Below, one piece after another: positions 57,042-64,000 of a stretch of DNA of 64,000 bases (positions are counted from its first letter, which is position 1; each line of letters begins with the position of its first letter). The position numbers were made by a program, and so were the translations under genes. The stretch is from positions 248,001 through 312,000 of the forward strand of contig OZ025720.1 in assembly GCA_964019335.1 (NCBI GenBank), read 5' to 3'. Below the pieces are notes generated by a model. The model was not told the DNA's origin, ran no database searches, and was given only the letters and a program-made list of their open reading frames with translations. This DNA is from Diplonema japonicum. Its lineage: Eukaryota > Protista > Euglenozoa: Diplonemea.

Positions 57042-57289
57042 ATAGGGGAGGGGGCAGCTGTGTAAGGAATCGATATGCATTCGGTGGGCACAGAAGAGAA
57101 AATAAAAAAGATTGTCGAGACTAAAAAAGAAAGAGAGTAGGGGGGGGGGGGGGGATTGAATACCGCAAATCTTTTTTTCTTTATAATCTTTTTTTTTCTT
57201 GTGAGAAGAAAAAAAAGGGGGGGGAAGATTTTTACAGTAGGGGGGAAACAAAAATGGAACTTATCAACGGAAGTTGACAGGAGAACCGG

Positions 57290-57323
<34 letters not shown>

Positions 57324-57446
57324 ATAGGGGAGGAAAAGAGGGTGCAGTATGATGATGCACTTGAAGATAGAGATTCAGAAAACGTTTTCTTTTTGTGATG
57401 GTACATTGAATATTGTATCCCCCCCTCTGTCCCGGTACCTTCTTCC

Positions 57447-58241
57447 TCAGTCAGTGTTGTATTGCAAAGTACGGAAGTTGGTTTGTTCCGAATCTCTGAG
57501 TTCGTTGACAATCGTGACACATCGGTCGCTATTTTTTTTTTTTTTTTTTTTTACCAAAAGAAATAACAAATACCTGCACAGAAAGAACGCAATAGGAATG
57601 TTCTTAACAGAACACAAATCGACAAAGTTCATCACCAGAATAGGCTTCACAATGATGGATTTACACAGATCACAGTGCACTAAAGAATGCGGCCTGGTGG
57701 GGGAAAAAGGGCTATCGTCCTCATCGACCAACGGGTTGTTCATCACGTACAGCTTAGAGATCTTTTTCATATATGTCAGAGAAGGGGGGAAAGCAGAGAT
57801 GTAATTATTGTCAATATTGAGCTCTTCAAGGGCAACGAGATTATCTAAGTCTTGAGGAAGGAACGCCAGTTGATTGTTGGAACAGTCGAGCTTCTGCAGG
57901 TATCGGAGCTGGCAAATTTCTTTAGGTAGTTCCTGTAGTGCGTTGTACGAGAGCACCAGCTCTTCAAGCCGCTCTGCTAGCATTCCTAAGGTGTCAGGTA
58001 GCCATCGCAGACCATAATTATTATCTACTGAAAATCTGTATATTTTGTTCATTTCCCCCACTTCTCCTGGTAATTTGCTCATTTCCACGTATCCCCCCAG
58101 CCTCAGCACAGTCGCACCTGCTTCTTTCGCGTTTTTAACTTGCTCCTTCACCTCCTCGGTTTCTCGTATCGCTGCTTCTTCTGACAGCTTGCACTTTTCA
58201 TAGGTCTGCGATACTGTTTTTCTATTCAGAATAATTGCCAT
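57447..58241 (-). CDS. Leucine-rich repeat protein with C-terminal CxxC...CxxxC (LRRC58-like); intron 57529-57573
   Basis: LxxLxLxxNxL repeats; 45-nt in-frame GT-AG intron containing an A-run. Confidence 0.85.
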   Translation of the reverse strand: MAIILNRKTVSQTYEKCKLSEEAAIRETEEVKEQVKNAKEAGATVLRLGGYVEMSKLPGEVGEMNKIYRFSVDNNYGLRWLPDTLGMLAERLEELVLSYNALQELPKEICQLRYLQKLDCSNNQLAFLPQDLDNLVALEELNIDNNYISAFPPSLTYMKKISKLYVMNNPLVDEDDSPFSPTRPHSLVHCDLCKSIIVKPILVMNFVDLCSVKNIPIAFFLCRYLLFLLVKKKKKKNSDRCVTIVNELRDSEQTNFRTLQYNTD

Positions 58242-58470
58242 TCCCCCCTCTCCCCCGTTCACGCCCCTGTTGGTGAATTGGAACGTGGGGGTATGTCGTG
58301 AGAAGGGGAGGAAAAAGAAGAAGAAAGATAGAAGGGGAAAAGAAGAAAAGAAAAGAACAGAGTTATGCTGTGCTTTTTTTTTTTTTTTTCCTTCTCCCTC
58401 GTCCCCCACAAAAAAAAAATGACTCATCGGTTAGCAACAACCCCACCGCATGTTAAGGGAAAAAAAAAAA

Positions 58471-58510
58471 GTGTCTTTAAAGGGAACCTGCAGTATGTGA
58501 CAGGATCGCC
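58471..58510 (+). repeat. Truncated copy of GCAGTATG-loop repeat (copy F), hairpin only
   Basis: GTGTCTTTAAAGGGAACCTGCAGTATGTGACAGGATCGCC between A-runs. Confidence 0.85.
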
Positions 58511-58720
58511 TAAAAAAAAAAGAATGGAGTAAGAGCAGGAAAAAGAAGAAGAAAAAAATCTTTTTTTTTTTTGTTTGTGTGCAAGGGTTTTTTTACAAAC
58601 TTATTCTTCTCTACCTATTAAAAAAAGAAAAAGAAAAAAGAGAAAGCGGCCGTTGTTTTCTTGGCGTGTGCCCGAATAGGTTGCAGATAAGATAAAATCA
58701 ATGCAAATAAAAAGCTTTCT

Positions 58721-59581
58721 CTACTCCTTCAATTTTTCGATGAATCTATACACTAAACAATGAACATCCCCAGGCCATCTACCGGACAAATAGTGGCCAG
58801 ACTCGACTACCCATGCTGCACGGAAGTCAGAAGGGCTGTCTCTGACCATCCCCGAGTCTTTCCTCCAATGGTTTTCAACATCCCCTGGCACGTTCTTGAA
58901 ATCATCCGGGGATTCCAAAGCCCTTGTAACCTCCTGCTCCACACCCATATACCCAGCAGGATGCCCCGGTTCTTCTGTATAGGTACGGTAATAGTGCCTG
59001 TCCCAGAATCTAGTAAAATATGTTAAGTTCCAAGCAGCGCTTTCAAGTTTCCATGTTAAAGCTGTAGTGGTGTGTCCGTACAAGCAAGATTTTCCGGTTT
59101 TTTTCGAGATGCTTCTGGCGAGGACAAGTACACCGTGGCATACTGCCGCAACTGGTTTGCCTGATTCGAAAAATTCTGCTGCAAAGTTCTGAAGATTCTT
59201 GTCTTCGAGATACCCCCGTATTCCGGTTTTGCAGTGCCCCCCTGGGAGGTACAGGCCGTCGTAAGCGGTGGTCTTTAGGTCGCAGTATTTCATGGGGTTT
59301 TGAAATTCCGTGCTCTTCACCATTTTCTCGTGGGCTTTCAGGCTGTTGGAGTCTGCACGGAGGAACAGGCCAATGAACTTTATCTTCTTCACAATCGGTA
59401 TCCACCCCCATGGGTCCAGCCCTTCTCCTGACAGCATCATGGGGTCCGGCTTCGCAATGTTCCCTGTTAAGGTTGCAAACACCACTTTATACCCAGCCTG
59501 CGTTAATGCCAACCATGCCACAGCCGCTTCAGATGGGTCGTAATCCCTCTCTGCTAGAGGTAACGCAATTACCTTTGTCAT
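58721..59581 (-). CDS. DJ-1/PfpI (type 1 glutamine amidotransferase-like) protein
   Basis: YDPSE, YDGLYLPGGH, nucleophile elbow AAVCHG, SGRWPGD. Confidence 0.92.
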   Translation of the reverse strand: MTKVIALPLAERDYDPSEAAVAWLALTQAGYKVVFATLTGNIAKPDPMMLSGEGLDPWGWIPIVKKIKFIGLFLRADSNSLKAHEKMVKSTEFQNPMKYCDLKTTAYDGLYLPGGHCKTGIRGYLEDKNLQNFAAEFFESGKPVAAVCHGVLVLARSISKKTGKSCLYGHTTTALTWKLESAAWNLTYFTRFWDRHYYRTYTEEPGHPAGYMGVEQEVTRALESPDDFKNVPGDVENHWRKDSGMVRDSPSDFRAAWVVESGHYLSGRWPGDVHCLVYRFIEKLKE

Positions 59582-60319
59582 TATTATTATTTTTTTTTTT
59601 TTGTGCGCCTTTGCTGAGAAAAATAGGAGGGTGGGAAAAGAAAAGAAAAGGGAGGGGGAAAAAAAAGAAGAAGAAGAAGAAAAAAAAAATAGAGTCAGTC
59701 TGGTATTTTGTCAGATTTGTAGTCAGTCATTTATAACGACTCAGAAAAAAAAAAGGTGGGGGGGGGAGAAGGTATTTTTTTGATGATGAAGAAAATTTTC
59801 TCCTCCCTCCCCTCCCCCCCGTGAGTAGGGCAGTTTCTTTTTTAAAGCAAAAAAAAAAAAGAAAAAGAATACCAGTCAGGTGGTTTCTTTCTTGCTTTCT
59901 TTCTTTTTTTTTTTTTAAGCTTGCTATTTTCATTATTTCTTCTTTCCCTCACCTTTTTTTTTTCCCACCTTTGATGTGTTTTTCTTCTTCTTCTTCATCC
60001 CCCCCTCCCAATAAATATACGGGTTCTTTTTCTCTCTCTTTTTTTTTTCGTTTTGTTTTCTTCTTTCAGCTATGTAAAAGAGAAAACAAAAAGATAAAAT
60101 TTGGAAAAAAAAAATTACGCACTACCGGTACTATATAGGTCGATCCCCATCAGGCCAAAAGAAACAAAAGGGGTGCTTAGAGGTTTTGTGCGTGTGCACG
60201 CAGAACTAACCTGCATCCATTTACATGCACTACTCTTCTTTTTTTTTCTTCTTTTTTTTTTTTCACACCCGTGTATTAACTCACAATGTCCCTCGAGGGA
60301 GGAGAGAGAAATGAGAAGG

Positions 60320-60352
<33 letters not shown>

Positions 60353-60354
60353 TA

Positions 60355-60450
60355 CTGTAAAACGAAAAACTCCCGGACGGAAAAATTATTTGGTGTCCGG
60401 GAGTTTTTCCGTCCGAGAATTTTTTCCGTCCGACATTATTCGTTTTACAG
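60355..60450. mobile_element. 96-bp Tc1/mariner-type MITE
   Basis: TIR CTGTAAAACGAA / TTCGTTTTACAG flanked by TA; internal TTTTTCCGTCCG repeats. Confidence 0.7.
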
Positions 60451-60552
60451 TACTCTCTTTTTTTATTTTTTTTTATTTTTTATTTTTTTTTATATCGTCA
60501 CCATCTTCAAAGCTGGCGGTTTTCTTTTCTTCTTTTTTTTTTTTTTCTTTTC

Positions 60553-61119
60553 TTAACCAATCTTCCAATCCAGATTGGCCCAGATTGTCACGATGCAAAG
60601 CGTAATAGAAAAGGTGAGGATGTAAGTGTACGTAAAGGGAAGAGTGGAGCAACAGAAATACATGTGATCAGAAGACTCAAAACGCAAAACTGCCGAAGTC
60701 CACCTCACGAGCGAGAAGACCTCAGCGATGTAGGTAATGAACACAAATGCAAGGATGAAGATGTGAGTCAAGTAAAACCCCGTATACCGGGCATCCTGAT
60801 CGTGGAATAGGCAGTCTCGAGACATAGTGCTGTTGTCGCTGCAGTGCTCCGACCAGTCGGGGAGGGGCCACCTGAAGGCAATGAATAGGGCAACTAGAAG
60901 CCACGTCCGTGCCATCTGCATATAGGCCCTCTTTCCCCCACCGTAGTAGCCCAGTATAGCCCAGTGCCATCCGAAGATCCACCCAAATAAAAGCCAGCCT
61001 ATGATGACACCTGCGTAAACACCACAGTTCTCCGAGCTCTCAGCGGGCTTTTCTCCCCCCATGGGCTCCGACTCCTCAGGGTTGCGGTAGCCCCCTTCGT
61101 TCATTTCGTTTGAATCCGA

Positions 61120-61122
<3 letters not shown>
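60553..61122 (-). CDS. Multi-pass membrane protein with TM2-like N-terminal motif; 3' end may be spliced
   Basis: poly(A)-ATG; WLLFGWIFGWHWAILG resembles the TM2 motif; several hydrophobic segments. Confidence 0.7.
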
Positions 61123-61150
<28 letters not shown>

Positions 61151-62305
61151 CTGTTTTTTTTTTTTTTTTTAGCCAAAGAAAAAAAAGGAAAAAAAAAAAA
61201 AAAAATACCCATCGGTCTACAGTACATGGGACGAAAAAAAAAATAAATAAAGAAATAAATATTCTCGCCGTGGTTCTTTTCTTCTTTTTTTTTTTTCTCT
61301 TTCTCTCGCCCCCCATGATTTCTTTTTTTTTCGTGTTCCCTTTTTTTTTTCTTTTTTTTTTTTTTTTTAAAAGGGGAACTGCTGGGGTTTTTTTCTTTAT
61401 TACCTTTCTTTTTGTTTCATTTTCTTTCCTCCCCTTCTTCCTCTCGAAACGCTTAGGAGCGCTAACACAACCGGGAATTTGACCCGTTGTCCTCTCCCCA
61501 TTCTTCTTTTTTTAAAAACAAATACTAGAATACATGGTTTTCTATTCGGCATTTCTTTCTTTTTTTTAAAAAAAAAGGCCGCCAACCGAAAGAGGGCCCC
61601 CCAAAGACGGAATAAAGGTAGGGAGGGAAAATATAAATACCTTTCTGCTCTTCTATTTTCTTTTTCGCTTTTTCACTCTTTTTTAAAATTCTTCCCGTGG
61701 TAAAAAAAGAAGAAGATAAAAAAAAAAAAAAAAAAGTGTACTGACTAAACATAGTAAATCACAGAGAATTAGGCTAGAAGGCTCTCAAAAAAAAAATAAA
61801 TAAAGCAGGTATTTTTAATTTCTTTGTCTTCAAGGGGAGGGGGCTCAACTCTCCCTGGCGCCAGTTTTTTTTTTTCTTTTTTTTCCCTCCGTAATTTAAA
61901 CTTCTTTTCTTTTCTCGTAATTATTTTTTTTTTTTCTTTTGTCATTTGTAAAACCTGTTGAGGCGAAGATGTACAAAAAAAAAATCTTTTTTTTTCCCTA
62001 TTATGCCATACATCGAATACTCTTTACTCATTACTCTGTCAAAAGGAAAGAACAGCAGTCTTAAATTGCATCCGGGAGGTGGGGAGGGAGAAGAGAATGA
62101 ATGAAAGCAAGAGAAAATGAATTTGGGGGGGGGGGGGGAGAGAGGGTACAAGAGTTGCGATAAAGAGTATTGTTGGGCTGCAGTACCCGTTACCCTTCAC
62201 CCTTTCTCTTTTTAACGCGACGCCCCCAATTCATATTCTTGCTATCCCCGCCCTCTTATTTTTTTTCTCAGAAGCGTTAATGGGTGGTTGTCACCCCTGG
62301 CCCAT

Positions 62306-62545
62306 TTAGACCAAAGTCTTGAGACAGTTTTCAGGGAGGGGAAAATGGAAATGGAAAGATTCGAAATCGCGTAGAATGGCGCTTTTATTTCTTGTATTTC
62401 CTATGATATCTTTGTGTGCTTGAAAGTATGTGCACAAGGGGCGGTGCTTTGTCTCCACAAACAACACCTTCCCATCGGATGTGCACCTCTCGCACTGCCC
62501 CAACACAGCCCGGAACTGTGTTTCTGGAAATCTTCTGGTGGACAT
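62306..62545 (-). CDS. Possible small ORF or downstream exon
   Basis: ATG follows an A-run and AG; homopolymer-free sequence; CxxC; no recognisable family. Confidence 0.3.
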   Translation of the reverse strand: MSTRRFPETQFRAVLGQCERCTSDGKVLFVETKHRPLCTYFQAHKDIIGNTRNKSAILRDFESFHFHFPLPENCLKTLV

Positions 62546-62600
<55 letters not shown>

Positions 62601-62789
62601 TGAGAACAAAAAAAAAAGTTCTCTTATGGAAAATTTGTGAAAAAAAAAAGAGACACAGATCCACTCTGTGCACTGTGATGATCATGAAAAAAAGTTTTTT
62701 TTTTTGAGGGGCAATAATAATAATAATAAAAATTGGGGGAGGGAAAAAAAGATTTTTTTTTCCTCTTTTTTTTTCTTTTTTTTTTTAAC

Positions 62790-62855
62790 CTGCTTCCTTT
62801 TTGGCCCGTCCTGTGGTCGATTTGAACGCAAGCAAGTCTTCAAGCAATTTTTTCT

Positions 62856-62909
<54 letters not shown>

Positions 62910-64000
62910 CTCTGCCCCAAAGAAAAAAACCAAACCTGCTCCGCCTCTGTTTCAAGCCCCAGTTGATCTTCATCAACACCGTCCACCTCGTCCTCCAGGA
63001 TGTCATCACCATGGTAGTCAATCACATCCTCACCGGACACCGTGATGAAGTCGTACCCTTTTTCGACCAAGAATTTTTGTCGTTTCGCACCAAAGTGAAC
63101 TTCATCTGAGTCCAGTGTCAACAGGGTGTAGAAGAAAGCGTCTGGTGAATCCTTTGGCGCGTCAGCATTGCGTTTCTTCGGTCGGGATACCCTGCCGAAT
63201 CGCTGGGTTTCTTGACATCTGGAGCCGAAATGAGCTCCCACCTCAATGATGACATTCGCTTCGGGGAGGTCGATTGAAGTATCACCAATCCTTGAGAAGA
63301 GGATGGTGGTCCCAACCTGCGAAAAGCGAAAACTGTTTAAAATTTCAATTTTTAAATTATCCTTGGTCGACCCCATTATCGCAGGCCGATCGAATGCGGT
63401 GGACATGTACTCCAGCACGAAAATAGAGTCGCAGAAAATTAACACCTTGTCGCCTTGACTCTCATGGAACTTCATGAGAGCCTCGCAACATCGCAGCTTA
63501 CCCGGATTGCACGTTGCGATCAATTCCCGTTTCTGCGAGGACCCCTTGAACGGTTTTTTTTTGAGCTCTTCGTAATGTTCCTTGAACAGTTCATTGAAAG
63601 CACAGCGGACTTCAACGCACCCGACCGAAGCGAGAAATCCCGCCTTTGTCAGCCTCGCCCATGAACCCTCCTCGTAAAATGTAATGGGTGAAATGAGATA
63701 CGGAAGGTTCGCCAGCTTGTTGTCTTCTCTCAGCGGTGTTGCGGTCAACCCTATGATACATTTCGCATTGAACCGGCCCATTGCCTTTGTGAATGTTTGT
63801 GTTGGAACGACATGAACTTCGTCGAGGATGACGAGGCCCCATTTTTTTACTTCGATTTGAAGCCTGCCGAGGTTGGATTTATCCATAGTTCCCCTGTCGG
63901 TTCCAAGGATGCTGTAGGTCGTGAAAACACAGTTGTCATCTTTGGTGAACTTTGTTTTGAGCGAGAAGACACCTTGCGTGAAACCGTGGTTGATGTTGCA
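62790..64000 (-). CDS. XPB: XPB/ERCC3/Ssl2 family helicase, 5'-truncated by the window; intron 62854-62935; final exon unresolved
   Basis: FTTYS, LDEVH, IGLTATPLRED, GDTSIDLPEAN, GSRCQETQRFGR, AFFYTL; the frame is open to the window edge. Confidence 0.93.

Noticed and set aside
32074-64000. Functional DNA-repair cluster (OGG1, POLQ, XPB)
   Set aside because: The genes are separated by many unrelated genes; co-occurrence is plausible by chance.

Overview
Eukaryotic nuclear DNA, most likely from a euglenozoan. The alpha-tubulin C-terminus [19 protein letters not shown], the one-strand gene array and the single-hairpin AGA-box RNAs point there; short GT-AG introns, a TKL kinase and a GH7 suggest a diplonemid-like rather than a trypanosomatid lineage (inference). 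About 30 protein genes lie head-to-tail on the minus strand, separated by spacers full of A/T/G/C homopolymers. They include Pol theta, XPB, OGG1, AK6, an LMBR1-like protein, two kinases, a GH7 cellulase and a bacterial-type DJ-1/PfpI. A gene-poor 0.3-13 kb region is rich in TIR elements (hAT, Sola-like, CACTA-like). The most unusual items are five. (i) An array of six conserved, covarying ~65-nt hairpins with variable spacers at 34.5-35.2 kb, best read as AGA-box H/ACA-like guide RNAs. (ii) A ~220-nt highly structured minus-strand RNA candidate at 20.7-20.9 kb with an RNase P/MRP-like pseudoknot topology and an alternative hammerhead-like fold. (iii) A dispersed, co-oriented hairpin family with a conserved GCAGTATG loop. 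(iv) A TIR element carrying tRNA-like cassettes. (v) Tiny introns in which a poly(A) run replaces the polypyrimidine tract. All calls were made by eye; no searches were run.
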